Part shown: in pieces, positions 38,388 to 51,913 of the stretch
Layout: every line of letters starts with the position of its first letter
Numbering within the stretch: the stretch's first letter is position 1
From: Eledone cirrhosa
Lineage: Eukaryota
Direction of reading: 5' to 3'
Length of the DNA stretch: 64,000 nucleotides
Assembly: GCA_964016885.1 (NCBI GenBank)
Contig: OZ024755.1
Coordinates: 41,974,001 to 42,038,000 of the forward strand
The notes under the pieces: generated by a model
Seen by the model: the letters and a program-made list of their open reading frames with translations, nothing else
Told to the model about the DNA's origin: nothing
Database searches by the model: none
Position numbers and translations under genes: made by a program

Positions 38388-39778
38388 TATTGTTATGCTT
38401 TGGGAGGGTCATGTTACCAATAAGAAACACACGCACCAGTTGTTTTCACTCCAATTTATAAATTTCCGGTTGGTTGGTTGGTTCCACAACCGGACGGTTG
38501 TTCATATATTGTCAAAGTTCTTTCGTCACACATTCTGTGACCTCTTCAGTGACTGGGGATTCTTTTCTTTGTTTTTGTGCCTCTCCTTTGTTCTGTCCTA
38601 CGCCATCTTGTTTTTGTGTGTGTTGTGTGCACAGTTTGCGCATGCGTTACATCCGGGTGTCTGTGTGTGTTTATATTTGTTTATTTATTTGTTTATTTAC
38701 ATGTTACTGGTTGGTTGTTTGTTCTATGTGTGTGTGTTTTCATTTTGTCCTTAATTCTAAGTTGTGATGTTGCTGTTCCATTCATGTTTTCTATTTAATT
38801 TTGGTTGGAGTTCATTTATGTTTATTGCCTCTGTGATTTGTCTAAACATTGCGTCTTTTCTGTGTCTAGATTCTATTTTTATTTCTATGTTCTCTAATTT
38901 ACCCTTATGTACTATTTTAGCATGTTGGTGGAGTACAGATGATTATTTTCTATCTTGAAGCTCTCGCTAGTGTTCATTTATCCGTTCTCCTATACTACGA
39001 GCTGTCTCACCTATGCACACTATATTCTTATCTCTACATTGCCCTTCAGTACATCTTATGCTATATACTACATTTCTAGTTTTACAGTTAATATGGGGCT
39101 TAGTTTACAGATTATACATTTCTTATCTATACAAGGAGGTCTTTGAAAAGGGTATGTATTGCTAATAAGTGTTTTTATGGAGGTACCTGGTCGTTCTACT
39201 ATCTTAATATTGAGTTTATGTTTATCTGGGGCCCTTCTAAATGTGTAAGCTAATTCACCTCTAGGGGTTGTATTGATGAACATTACTCTCTGGTGTTTAT
39301 TGCTATCATACCATTTATTCTATTAACCTTATTAGAATAGAAAACATGAATGGAATAGCAACATCACAACTTACATTTAAGGACAAATTGAAAACACACA
39401 CACACATAGAACAAACAACCAACCAGTAACATGTAAATAAACAAATAAATAAACAAATATAAACACACACAGACACCCGGATGTAACACATGCGCAAACT
39501 AAGCACACAACACACACAAAAACAAGATGGCGTAGGACAGAACAAAGGAGAGGTACAAAAACAAAGAAAAGAATCCCCAGTCACTGAAGAGGTCACAGAA
39601 TGTGTGACGAAAGAACTTTGACAATATATGAACAACCGTCCGGTTGTGGAACCAACCAACCAACCGGAAATTTATAAATTCTTAAATTTATAAATTTAAT
39701 TTATAATAAATTGGAGTGAAAGCAACTGGTGCGTGTGTTTCTTATTGGCAACATGACCCTCCCAAAGCATAACAATAT
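38388..39778 (-). mobile_element. 5'-truncated Penelope-like element: Cys-rich linker and GIY-YIG between inverted arms
   Basis: 38388-38805 and 39320-39778 are inverted. On -: KIVERPGTSIK..PCIDKKCIIC, then NVVYSIRC..C..IGETARSIGERINEH. Confidence 0.88.
39580..39622 (+). ncRNA. Minimal type I hammerhead motif; inverted copy at 38511-38553 (-)
   Basis: gtca-CTGAAGA-g gtcaca(gaatg)tgtgac-GAAA-gaac-TT-tgac. Confidence 0.7.
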
Positions 39779-39824
39779 ATATATATATATATATTGTTAT
39801 ACTTGCAAAACTAATTCATCGCCG

Positions 39825-39858
<34 letters not shown>

Positions 39859-39988
39859 TATATATATATACTGTAAGCAACCAATCACACTCTTTCTGAC
39901 TTGACCACTGCCACGTCACAGTTCTTAGCCATTTTGAATTCGTGTTTGGAGGGGGCCACTTCAGAAAATAATCTGTCCTAGCGAGTTT

Positions 39989-40067
39989 ATCCCCTGACGA
40001 GTTCGAAACTCGAGATTTATCCTTAATAGGATATCTCAAATTAAGAACGAAACCCAAGGGTAGGGAT
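39989..40067 (+). ncRNA. Type I hammerhead ribozyme motif, fully canonical core, GUA triplet
   Basis: atccc-CTGACGA-gttc(...gagatttatcct taat aggatatctc...)gaac-GAAA-ccc aa gg-GTA-gggat. Confidence 0.82.
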
Positions 40068-40608
40068 GTAATCCTGGTATGTATATAAGCATTTCTAACT
40101 TTAATTTTATACCTAATTGTGTATGGTTGACCGTTATTTAATTAATTTCCACGTGCTGTTGAAATGCTGGGTAAATATTCTATAACGGTTGGCCGCGAAG
40201 AGGCTGCTATTGTTTATTTATTTACTGTTTCTTCATAGGTGCCTTTTAATCTTATAGCCTGGTCTAATTGATTTTTTGTGTGGTTAATTATGCTAATTGG
40301 GAGAGGAAATGATGTATATATATTATCAAATGATTCTATGGACATACTTTACTTTATAGTATAATATATATATATAGTAATAATAATAAATGTGAAGACT
40401 AAAATCCAAAGAGAGCTCGATAAGGATAAATATATATCAAATATTTAAGAACCCTAGAGAAAATATTTATTCAAGCAACAGATTAAAGTTAAGGGTGAAA
40501 GCAGCGATTCTTTGCTTAAACTTTAATCTGTAATTTTAATATATATATATATATATATAATATTAAATTCAAATATTAATAAAATAGATGTTCTTGTGAT
40601 CAATTAAA

Positions 40609-40672
40609 TTTTATTATACATATTTCAGAGGTACGCGAATCAGGTTCAACAGTACGTCTTCATCAGATAAAA
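40609..40672 (-). ncRNA. Type I hammerhead motif
   Basis: ttttat-CTGATGA-aga cgtac...gtac ctct-GAAA-tatgta-TA-ataaaa. Confidence 0.65.
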
Positions 40673-41195
40673 TAAAATGATACATGACATACCCTGAGAT
40701 GTTAGATGGTTAAGATTTAATCAAGGTAACTCTGAAAAATATTTTTTCTGTAGAGTGCTTCCAATCTACTGTAAAATTCATTCTTTGATGTACTCATTGA
40801 ATCTTGTTTAACTCTTTAATATATATATATATATAATACAACGACGATTTGTTAAGCCTTCATTGCATTTATTGATTGGTGACGCGCGTTTTCGGGTGGT
40901 CCAAAAGGTTCAAAGGTGACCTTTAACGAGCAGGACTGAAGCCAATGTTTAGTGCGGGGGGTAGACGGTGCGAGTGCGAGGTGATCGTCGGCTGACTGTT
41001 TAACTGATCACAAGAGAGTTAGGTATGAACCGTGATCATTTTTTCATATGTTCTGATATCTCTTCTTCCGAGGAAAATAAGGGAACTATTCCAGTCTCCG
41101 ATGTAGGCTGCTATACCATGTTTTATTTTCATCGGAAGAAGAGATATTAATCTCGAAATATCAGAACATATTAATATGTCTGTAGAAATAATGAC

Positions 41196-41196
<1 letters not shown>

Positions 41197-41272
<76 letters not shown>

Positions 41273-41405
41273 TAACAACAACAACAACAACAACAATAGC
41301 AATATACATAACAACAATAGATGTAACAACCACAATAATAGAAATAGCAACAACAATGATAACAGTAGGGAAACAACAACAACTATAATAACAACAATAA
41401 TAGTA
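41197..41405. repeat. (AAT)n/(AAC)n compound microsatellite
   Basis: Direct sequence. Confidence 0.95.
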
Positions 41406-41429
41406 CACAAAACTATAACGGTAGATCTA

Positions 41430-43160
41430 ATGACGACCCCTTAGAGAACCTGTTCTTCAACCCAGCTGACAAAACATACAAGATGAACAAAATTCACGCC
41501 ACCTTTTAATGAAAGTGTTTTATACCACAACAAATAGATGGCCAAACAGGGGCACAGTTTACCATATCTAGAAATAAACTTAGACAGGTAGTAGAACAAT
41601 ATACTAAGAGACAAAACAGACAAGAGGACCAACAACTTGGAAGAAAACCTGCAGAAGGTCTACTTAGCCTTATGCAGTGCCCAAGGGATGGTGAGGTAGT
41701 GTGTCTACCCACAGATAAATCTGGTAGATGTCAATAGACAGCATGCCGAACTATATCAAGGCTATGCAACCCCACATGATCAACACGAGCGAAACAACAC
41801 CACAGACACATGAGGAAAGATCCTGAACGCTCACATGATGATGTGTACGGAGATCCTAAAACCAACTAGACACAGCCAATAATGTCCAAGCCTCTAACAA
41901 TGACATACCACCCCTGTATGAACTCCGCAAAGACCATAAAACAACTAACGACTCCATGACAGGACCACCAACAAGTTCTGTATACGGAGCCAATATTACT
42001 AGCAACTACAGGATCTCCTACTTCCTCTCTATGATTGTATGCCGCATAATTAAGATGTCCCTAGATATATGTGACAGCACAGAGGACCTCCTCAGTAGAA
42101 TCAATGACTGTAACTACACCGAAGACTTAACAAACTGCATAATAGGCAGTATGGATGTAGTATCACTGTATCCATCCATTGACATTGATTTTGCTGTGGA
42201 AAAATGTGTGGAAATAATCAGTTAGAGTGAGACAGAGTTCTGCGACGTTGACACGGATGAACTGAGCCTCCTCCTACTTAGACTTACATGGGAAATAGAA
42301 TATTTAAATAATTATGACCTTAGCAGTTTCTGCCCCAGTAGGACAATAGAGGTAGACCCCCACACCACCCCACCATAATCTCAATGGCTAAAAAGACTCC
42401 CATGGGAAGATGGAATGTATGGACCAAAGCCATACGAACACCCAAGAACAACGATCAGGTGAGAAAAATGGTCGCACATGCAGTAGTTAAAACTACCCTA
42501 AAGTGCCACATGTTTAAATTTAAGGATAAAATCTACACCCAGAATGAGGGAGCAGCTATTGGCGTCAGCATAGCTGGTGATGTTGCCAACCTTTTTATGG
42601 TATGGTGGGAAAGAAGACTTAGATAACTCCTAGAAGGGAACTCCATAGCCCTCGTCACGTACTCTCGTTACGTAGACGATGTTAATATAGTAATAAAACA
42701 CCTCACAAGAGAGTACCAATAAACCTGAATTAGAAACCAACACAATGGAGAGCATCCAGCAGAAAGCTAACTCCATACACCAGAGCATAACTGTAACTAT
42801 TGACTACCCTTTCAAACACCCTAACAATAGACTACCAGTATCAGAGACGGAACTCTGGATTAACACTATAAACGAGAGGGCCCAAATTCTCCACTCACAC
42901 TATGCTAAACCCATGGCCTCCAAATACATGATACACAAAAACTCACCGATGTCCAACAGTGCTGAGTTTAATATTCTGATCGCAGACTTAGAAAGAATGA
43001 TGAAGAATGTGTCCCGCATGTGTGATCCAACTGAACTGGAGAGACACATACAACACTTCATCAACCGCATGCAGTTCTCCGGCTACAACCAAAGAGACAG
43101 AATCAGAGTATACGAAGGAGCCACGGAGAAATATAAGACCCTCATAGAAATGGACACGTC
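41430..43160 (+). pseudogene. Penelope-like reverse transcriptase, degenerate
   Basis: PTDKSG, PPLY.LRKDHK, SMDVVSLYPSI, YTQNEGAAIG..AGDVANLFM, YSRYVDDV (~42660), HSHYAKPMAS; multiple stops and frameshifts. Confidence 0.9.
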
Positions 43161-43622
43161 ATGTGGCCGGCTTCGGCGGAGAAAGTGGCCTTAAAAAACT
43201 TATATTTATATATCGATTTCTTTCTCTATTTTCAGGATCGTTCACAGAGAATCCGTTGAGACGAAAACATGGAACAGTGGCTTCAGGAATTAACCGGAAA
43301 TTACTAACGACGGCACGGGACCTCAAAACAGCGAAATACCGACAAACTGAGATCTACTTGTAGCACCTTACTGTTATTGGTCCTTATCATATTCATAATA
43401 GCAACAGCCATACCTTTGTCGTTATCGGATTCACATCGCAATCACGTGGTTTGGGATCCTGTCCAGACCCATAACGTCACACCTTTTAATTTTTTAATTT
43501 TATAATTTTTTAATTTTATACTTTTTTAATTTTTAATTTTTTTAATTTTTTAATTTTTTTAATTTTTTAATTTTTTTAATTTTATAATTTTATAACTTAA
43601 CCTACATGTTTGGGTTTAGAAT
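43155..43622. repeat. Right arm of the long-range inverted repeat (partners 37186-37516 and 36590-36662)
   Basis: Reverse-complement matches, including ttaacctacatgtttgggtttagaat. Confidence 0.85.
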
Positions 43623-43833
43623 TTAAAAGATTTAAAAGTATTTTTGAGGTTTTAAAATGTATGTATGTATGTGTGTGTGTATGTACGCACACACATCGAT
43701 CCATCCATTAATACATACATAAATATATATATAGACATGCATACATATAAACGTACATACATATACATATACATACATACATACATACATACATGCATTC
43801 ATACATACATACATATACATATAGACATACATT

Positions 43834-43872
<39 letters not shown>

Positions 43873-44285
43873 ACACACAACGGTGTGTACACACGTCACA
43901 CATAGAAGCATGTTTACTTCTAGGATATTTTAATTAGGCTGACCAATGGTCAAACGTCTATGGTGGGGTCATTTCCACCGATTGTAGGAAAAAGCTGATA
44001 GGAAGCGTATATTTACCTACCAATCCCTTTCAAGTATGTATCATGTGACAAACTTGACTTTATTCTGAACTTTAACCACCAATTATAGCCAATATCTTTG
44101 TTACTAATATATGGCGCAGAGGAAGCTAAAGAGTTTGCATACGGAAGGATTGATGTTTATCAGTTTTTAAAATAAAAATAAAAGAAACAGATAGTTATAT
44201 ATATGAACACAAAAGGTCATTAAATCACTTACTTGTAGCTTTCGGTATACTTATACATACCTTTTTGTATACGTATGCACACACG

Positions 44286-44376
<91 letters not shown>

Positions 44377-44496
44377 TGATAGTAGCTAAGATGCTTCCAT
44401 AGGCGGTATGCCGGTTGAGCACTCTATGCTCTTACAGAGCAGAGTATAATATAATATAAAATGAAAAATCAGTGATGCATCTGAACTCAATTTATT

Positions 44497-44582
44497 GTGT
44501 TACAATTGTTTCGCCGGCGGACAGCTCGAGACACAATCATTGTGTGGATGTCTGATTCTGGACTCGCAGGTTCGACAGACAC
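44497..44582 (-). ncRNA. Type I hammerhead-like motif with one core deviation, followed by AATAAA
   Basis: gtgt-CTGTCGA-a cctgcg...cgccgg c-GAAAC-aatt-GTA-acac aataaa. Confidence 0.55.
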
Positions 44583-44933
44583 GTCTAATGATTTCGTAAC
44601 AAATTCTTTCACTGGGGTGTTAGCGTCAAAAACATCCTCTTCGCGCGTCCAGTTATTGGCCGCTCGTTGTCTCGTCACCATAATTCTGACCACAGGTATC
44701 GCTCGGCTGACCATCAGCTGTCCCATGTCTGCCACACTTCAATGAATTACTGCTGGGTTTGGTAGTTCACACGTCCACGCCCCCCCCCCCCCCACACACA
44801 CACTCACATAGATAACGACAGCGATACGCATAGACTCCCGCTATACACACACATTTAAGGAGAACATATAAACCTATAAACATACACATACACAGACGCA
44901 TACCTACATGCCTATATATATATATATATAGGC

Positions 44934-44984
<51 letters not shown>

Positions 44985-45013
44985 CATGTATATATATATA
45001 TATATATATAGGC

Positions 45014-45104
<91 letters not shown>

Positions 45105-45195
45105 CATGTATATATATTTACTCCATTCCAGAAACTAATTAGTTGGAAGTGATATTTTAGTAAGTAAGTTAATTTTATAATTTTCTTATTTTACG

Positions 45196-45268
<73 letters not shown>

Positions 45269-45400
45269 AGAATGAAACGAAATTTCATTTCTCACTCTTA
45301 GTACAGCACTTACTTATATGCAAATTAGGCTGCTCAGCCGTTAATTTTCATAAGGAAAGTATATACTTTCGGACGTTCAACCATCTGGCAGAAAGGTATA

Positions 45401-45441
45401 CGGTGCTGACGATAGCTAACAAGCTTGAAACTAGTACATCG
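45401..45441 (+). ncRNA. Minimal type I hammerhead motif with palindromic stem III
   Basis: cggtg-CTGACGA-t agc(taacaa)gct t-GAAAC-ta-GTA-catcg. Confidence 0.75.
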
Positions 45442-45676
45442 TTCCTGTGTCAGTGTTGAACAAAAAGGTGACGTGGTTGCCTAAACACTGTACGGCGTAA
45501 ATCAGGCTGTTCGTTTGCTTACAAACGAACAAAGCGAACATTATAATAAATGTTCGGTAAACTGATACGTGCAAATATATATGTGTGCCTGTATGTATAT
45601 ATGTATTTATATATATATATACATGCTACTGTACGTCTGTATACATATATGTATGTACGTATACATACATACTTAC

Positions 45677-45722
<46 letters not shown>

Positions 45723-45748
45723 ATAGAGGTGTAACACACAAGTTATTA

Positions 45749-46119
45749 TATATTGGTAAACGGAATAGAAAATAATGACAAATTGTTCACAGTAAAAAAT
45801 AGTTTAATTAGGAATAAGTGAGAATTAGTAATTGTATTGGTTAGTATTCAGTTTTGGTTTTAAGTTTTACCGGTTGCGCATTTCTAATGCTTTTCAAAAA
45901 TAATTTTGAGATAGAGCGTCCGTGATGTTTGCTCTGATCTGAGCAAACATCACGGATGCTCTATCTCAAAATTATTTTTGAAAAGCATTAGAAATGCGCA
46001 ACCGGTAAAACTTAAAACCAAAACTGAATACTAACCAATACTTATTACTAATTCTCACTTATTCCTAATTAAACTATTTTTCACTGTGAACAATTTGTCA
46101 CCATTTTCTATTCCGTTTA

Positions 46120-46126
<7 letters not shown>
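45749..46126. repeat. ~380-bp near-perfect palindrome next to (TA)n (PLE-terminus-like)
   Basis: ~185-bp arms centred near 45937 (gatgtttgctc tgatct gagcaaacatc). Confidence 0.92.
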
Positions 46127-46154
<28 letters not shown>

Positions 46155-46363
46155 ATATTATTATATTATATTATTATATTATTATATTATTTTATTATTT
46201 CATGTTTTGCGATGACCTCCCCTTTCCGCTTGATGGCAGTGTGAGATTTCTCATTGTGAGACTGCTGGAATTTCATATTTGGCGGTCATTCTGGCACGGA
46301 GGGGTACTATCGCTGAACATTAATATCGGTAAGGTTTTTTTTTATATCGATATTTGTCGGGCA

Positions 46364-46485
46364 TCCACTGATGATTTATATGTGCCCACCTACATATATT
46401 CCTACGGACTATGTGCAGGCTTCTACATAACCTGGACATTATTTTCCCAATTTGTAGAAAACTTATAATGAAACGATCGTTTGGA
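46364..46485 (+). ncRNA. Type I hammerhead motif with long loop II
   Basis: tcca-CTGATGA-t ttata...tataa t-GAAAC-gatc-GTT-tgga. Confidence 0.62.
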
Positions 46486-46824
46486 AAGAGAGATGTATTT
46501 CAATTATGTCTCATATAAAATAATACAACTGGCTATCCGCAAAATACGTATAGTTAGCACCTCAAACGTATAATTGGGATTATACTAAGGTATATCCTAA
46601 TGTTTGTTGAGTGAGACGGAAGCCGGTCGGAGTATTGCTTAAAGCTTTCTCTGTTAATGTATTAAATATATATATATATTCGTGTACAGATATTTTTGCA
46701 TACACAATAACATAATATAAACAAACGTATTTATTTCTCGAGGCTCGATAAGGATAAATATATATCAAATATATAAGAACCCTAGAGTAAATCCCGTGGA
46801 ACGCCGAGTCATTCTCCTAGTATA

Positions 46825-48355
46825 CACTCTAGTATATACACTACATTATACACACTACATTATATACACTACATTATATACACTACATTTTATAAACAAC
46901 ATTATATACACTACATTATATACACTACATTATATACACTACATTATATACACTACATTATACACACTACATTATATACACTATATTATACACACTACAT
47001 TATATACACTACATTATATACACTACATTATATACACTACATTATATACACTACATTTTATCCACTACATTATACACACTACATTATATACACTACATTA
47101 TAAACTACATTATATACACTACGGTATATACACTACATTGTATACACTACATTATATACACTACATTATATATACTACATTATATACACTACATTATACA
47201 CACTACATTATATACACTACATTATATACACTACATTATACACTACATTATACACACTACATTATATACACTACATTATATACACTACATTATATACACT
47301 ACAGTATATACACTACAATATATACACTACATTATACACACTACAGTATATACACTACATTATATACACTACATTACACACTACATTATACACACTACAT
47401 TATATACACTACATTATATACACTACATTATACACTACATTATACACACTACATTATATACACTACATTATATACACTACATTATACACTACATTATACA
47501 CACTACATTATATACACTACATTATACACACTACATTATACACACTATGTTATATACACTACAGTATATACTGTAGTGTATAATGTAGTGTATATAATGT
47601 AGTGTATATAATGTAGTGTATATACTGTAGTATATATAATGTAGTGTATACACACTACAGTATATACTGTAGTGTATATAATGTAGTGTTTACACACTAC
47701 AGTATATACACATTATATACACTACATTATATACACTACATTATATACACTACATTATATACACTACATTATATACACTACATTATATACACTACATTAT
47801 ATACACTACTGTATATACACTACATTATGTACACTACAGTATATACACTACAGTGTATATATACATTATACACACTACATTATATACACTACATTATATA
47901 CACTACATTATATACACTACATTATACACACTACATTATATTCACTACATTATATACACTACAGTATATACACTACAGTATATACACTACAATATATACA
48001 CTACATTATACACACTACAGTATATACACTACATTATACACACTACATTATACACACTACAGTATATACACTACATTATACACACTACAGTATATACACT
48101 ACAGTATACACACTACATTATACACACTACAGTATATACACTACATTATACACACTACATTATATTCACTACATTATATACACTACAGTATATACACTAC
48201 AATATATACACTACATTATACACACTACAGTATATACACTACAGTATACACACTACATTATACACACTACAGTATATACACTACATTATACACTACAGTA
48301 TATACTGTAGTGTATATAACATAGTGTGTATAATGTAGTGTGTATAATGTAGTGT
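46825..48355. repeat. 14-bp minisatellite (ACACTACATTATAT)n with internal orientation switches
   Basis: Direct sequence; inverted blocks at ~47570-47650 and 48303-48355. Confidence 0.95.
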
Positions 48356-48738
48356 GAGAGGTAAGATATATAGAGTAGTGGGGTGAGAGATGTAGAGAGT
48401 GATAGGGAGGGGGAGAGTGAGGGAGGGGTGGTGTGAGAGAGTGATAATGAGAGGGGGGGAGTTGACTTAGAGGGAGATAAAGAGATAGAGAGGGGAAGAG
48501 TGAGGGAGGAGTGGTCTGAGAGGGAGATAACTAGCGGTGGAGAGAGAGAGGGGAGTTGGCTTAGAGAGAAATAACGAGAGAGAGAGGAGGGGGGGGAGAG
48601 AGAGAGATGGGGGAAAGATAGAGAGAGAGGGAAAGATAGATAGAGGCAGAGATTATGATAAGAACTAAGAAACAATGATTGAGATTATTTTTCCTGTCAT
48701 TTTCAGACATCCGGTGTGGCACGTGACAGTGAGTATAA

Positions 48739-48823
<85 letters not shown>

Positions 48824-49390
48824 TGGCTGCCAACTCGTTTTCGAGTACGGCCACTACTTTATATCCATGTAGGAGAACCCCTACCTATACGCTGAACGAG
48901 TGTGACTTTTTAGTCCAGCCAGCGACTTGAAAACTCTGGTACAAACACTTCACTTGTGACAATTATTGACACATAGTGCTGGGCCCATGGTACCATGTGA
49001 CGACAAGTGCAGAGAGATCTCCAGATATAAAGCAATGCCTGTGCCGTGAAGCTTTTATAGTGAGCAAAGGCACTGCACAAAGCCAGTCCCACTCTCTTAA
49101 CCAAGATGATATTTACCAAAAAGAAGAACAAGTCAACATCATTGGATACCATCAGGGTTGCAGGTGTTATATCAGAGTTTTCCTTCTCCTAGAATTCTGC
49201 CTTAACAAAGGCTAAGGGGTCATCTCTCCCGGTGATTTTGGATGGCCATTGACTCTTAAGAGCTCCTTTGCCCTTTGACAGGTTTTGGTTTTAGTCCTGC
49301 AGGATGTCCAAAGTCACCCTCCCCACCAAGAAACCTTGCCAGCGACCCGACCATGGGACATATATACATACATACTTATATACATACATA

Positions 49391-49454
<64 letters not shown>

Positions 49455-49461
<7 letters not shown>

Positions 49462-49621
49462 GAGAGATAAACAGATATAAACATACATGTGTTCAAATCG
49501 TAAAGGACCAAGTTCGCTGGCAAACCATGTAGTTAATAGTCTTTTTTTCACCCTAGCGAACGTGGTCCCTTACAATTTGAACACGTGTATGTTTATATCT
49601 GTGTTTATCTCTCTTTTATAT
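49455..49621. repeat. Imperfect fold-back (~65-bp arms) abutting (TA)n
   Basis: gagagataaacagatataaacatac..gttcgct / agcgaac..gtatgtttatatctgtgtttatctctc. Confidence 0.8.
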
Positions 49622-50114
49622 TCAATTATATTACACGGCTCACAAAAGCCGCTTTCTTTGAACTATTTAATTGTGAGAGACTATTTTGGTTTTTTAACCC
49701 AATATATACCTTTGATATGTATATATACATATAAATATAAGTATGTATACGTACCTACTTACATATATATATATATACAGACGCACAGTAGTATGTATAC
49801 ACATACATGTATGTTTGTTTGTAAACAAACCGAACATTATAATAAATTTTCGGTAAACCCATACGTACATATATATATGTGTGCATGTATGTATGTATAT
49901 ATATACTGTGCGTCTGTATATATATATGTGTATGTACATATACATACTTATATTTAAGTATCAGCCGTACTAAGAGTGAGAAATGAAATTTCATTTTTTC
50001 CATTTATCGTTTTCGGTGCGCCCGGCCGACTAACTCACTCGATATGCAAATTAGGCTGCTCAGCCGTTAATATGCATAAGGAAAGTATATACTTTCAAAC
50101 GTTCAATCGAAGTT

Positions 50115-50600
50115 AGCTGTCCAACAGATGCCAAAATAATATCAAAGATTAGCGAAAAGGAAAATATTTATGCAGAACTGATGAGAAATCTGCAGATACT
50201 CCACCCTGAATACACCTTCAGATTTATACCTGTGATTATCGGGGCACTGGGGCATGTTAGTAACTGCCTCAATACAAATCTTGAGAAGCTAGGCTTCACA
50301 GGAACAGAAAGAACACAACTAGTTAGGAAATTACAAGTACAATCCATTAATGGAACAGTAAAAAATATGTAAAACATTCCAAAAATGTTGCATCTAATAA
50401 CTGCATATACACATGCACACATACAACTCAAAACATCCACATCCACACATACAATAGCATCCATATCTACACATGCATGCATACATATCTACCTAGTTGA
50501 TGTTGTGTAAATTCCAATGAGAGAGTCCTGTATTTATGTTAGAAACCGACTCTCTCTCTTTTGGGAAAGATTTGTGAAATTATAAAACAAGAAGAACATA
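50115..50600 (+). mobile_element. RLE LINE (third family) 3' fragment with probable UTR
   Basis: KENIYAELMRNLQILHPEYTFRFIPVIIGALG... Confidence 0.7.
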
Positions 50601-51261
50601 CATACAAAACTAATGTTATTTTTTGTTATGTTTCTGGCATATTCTTTAACCCTTGTGCTATCAAACTACCTTGAAACTGTCTCTTCTTCTATGATGTAAA
50701 ACTTAATAATATTTATAAGGTATGTAATAGGAAGATTGCAACAATGTGAAAGGTGTGCTATGATAAACGAAGATAACAAAGCTACTGTTTTACCTCTTCT
50801 TTATTCAAATGCTAACTTAATTTTCGAGATGAAATCTCCTCATGAGTAGTCAAAACCATTGGAAAATACAGAAAACCTTATATGTGACATCTTGTCATTC
50901 TGTTTATGTCGTTACTGGCCGGAACTGATAATAGAAGGTGTGAGAAGCGTTAACGTGTTTGTGTGAGTGTGAGTGCGTGTGAGGCGTGTGAGTGAGTGTG
51001 AGACGTGTGTGTGCGTTTTTCCTTTTTTTACTTAATATTTACTTAATCTTAAATTTCCTTTATTATCTTAACATTTATAACATTTAATATAAGTAAATAA
51101 CTTAATTTCCTTCACGCTGTTTTGCTATTACATAGAAATGATTTTTCTCCGATTTTTTCTCCGATTTCTCCGAAAAATCTATAAGTTTAGAAAAATTCCT
51201 ATATCTTAAACATACAAAACCTTTTATTGTATGTATATATATGTATGTGTATGTATATATG

Positions 51262-51299
<38 letters not shown>

Positions 51300-51913
51300 T
51301 ATGTATGCGTATGTATATATATGAATATATTCTTTTAATAATATATAGATTTTTGAATAATATATAGTTTTAATAATATATAGATTTTAATAATATATAG
51401 ATCTCAATTTTAATGTATAGATCTCAATAATTTAATTGATAAACGAAACATTTAATCATATTTAAACACTGGTTAAAATTCTCCAGTTATTATTATTTAT
51501 TTATTTTCTATTCACGATTATTTACTCTTCTTAACTCATCCAATAAATATTTATTTTTTCACTTAAAAGTTACGCTAATACAACAACCTATCACTTAGGG
51601 CTTCTCTTTCTCTTTCTCTTTCTCTTTCTTTTTTCTTCTCTTTCTCTTTCTCTTTCTCTTGTTTTCTTATTTCCTCTTAGAGTTTGCTCTTTTTTATCTT
51701 TTTTCTCTTTTTTTCTCTTTTTTCTCTTTCTTTTTTCCCTTTTTCCATAACCCAACAGCTTATTTTAAATCTACTGTGATTTAAACATATCCGACACTAA
51801 TTTGCAAAATAGACTAAATAAATTTAATAACCCCACTATCCGGAGCTTCCAACAGAAATGGTTGCATTTATTAAGGGTATGTAAATATTTATTTATAAAA
51901 CTGATCTATATTA

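Noticed and set aside
44487-44745. GC-richer segment with ORFs on both strands, suspected host exon
   Set aside because: No recognisable domain or splice signals. It ends in a hammerhead-like motif plus AATAAA, so a PLE terminus is the better explanation.
46792-46822. Helitron 3' end (short hairpin followed by CTAG-T)
   Set aside because: The hairpin is only 4 bp with a mismatch, and no 5' TC end, second copy or Rep/Hel remnant is visible
46796-48338. 161-268 aa His/Tyr/Thr-rich ORFs
   Set aside because: Read-through of a 14-bp minisatellite that mostly lacks stops; no gene context
48850-49350. Possible additional SINE or RTE-related repeat
   Set aside because: Looks repeat-like, but there is no second copy or diagnostic motif in the window to support a call
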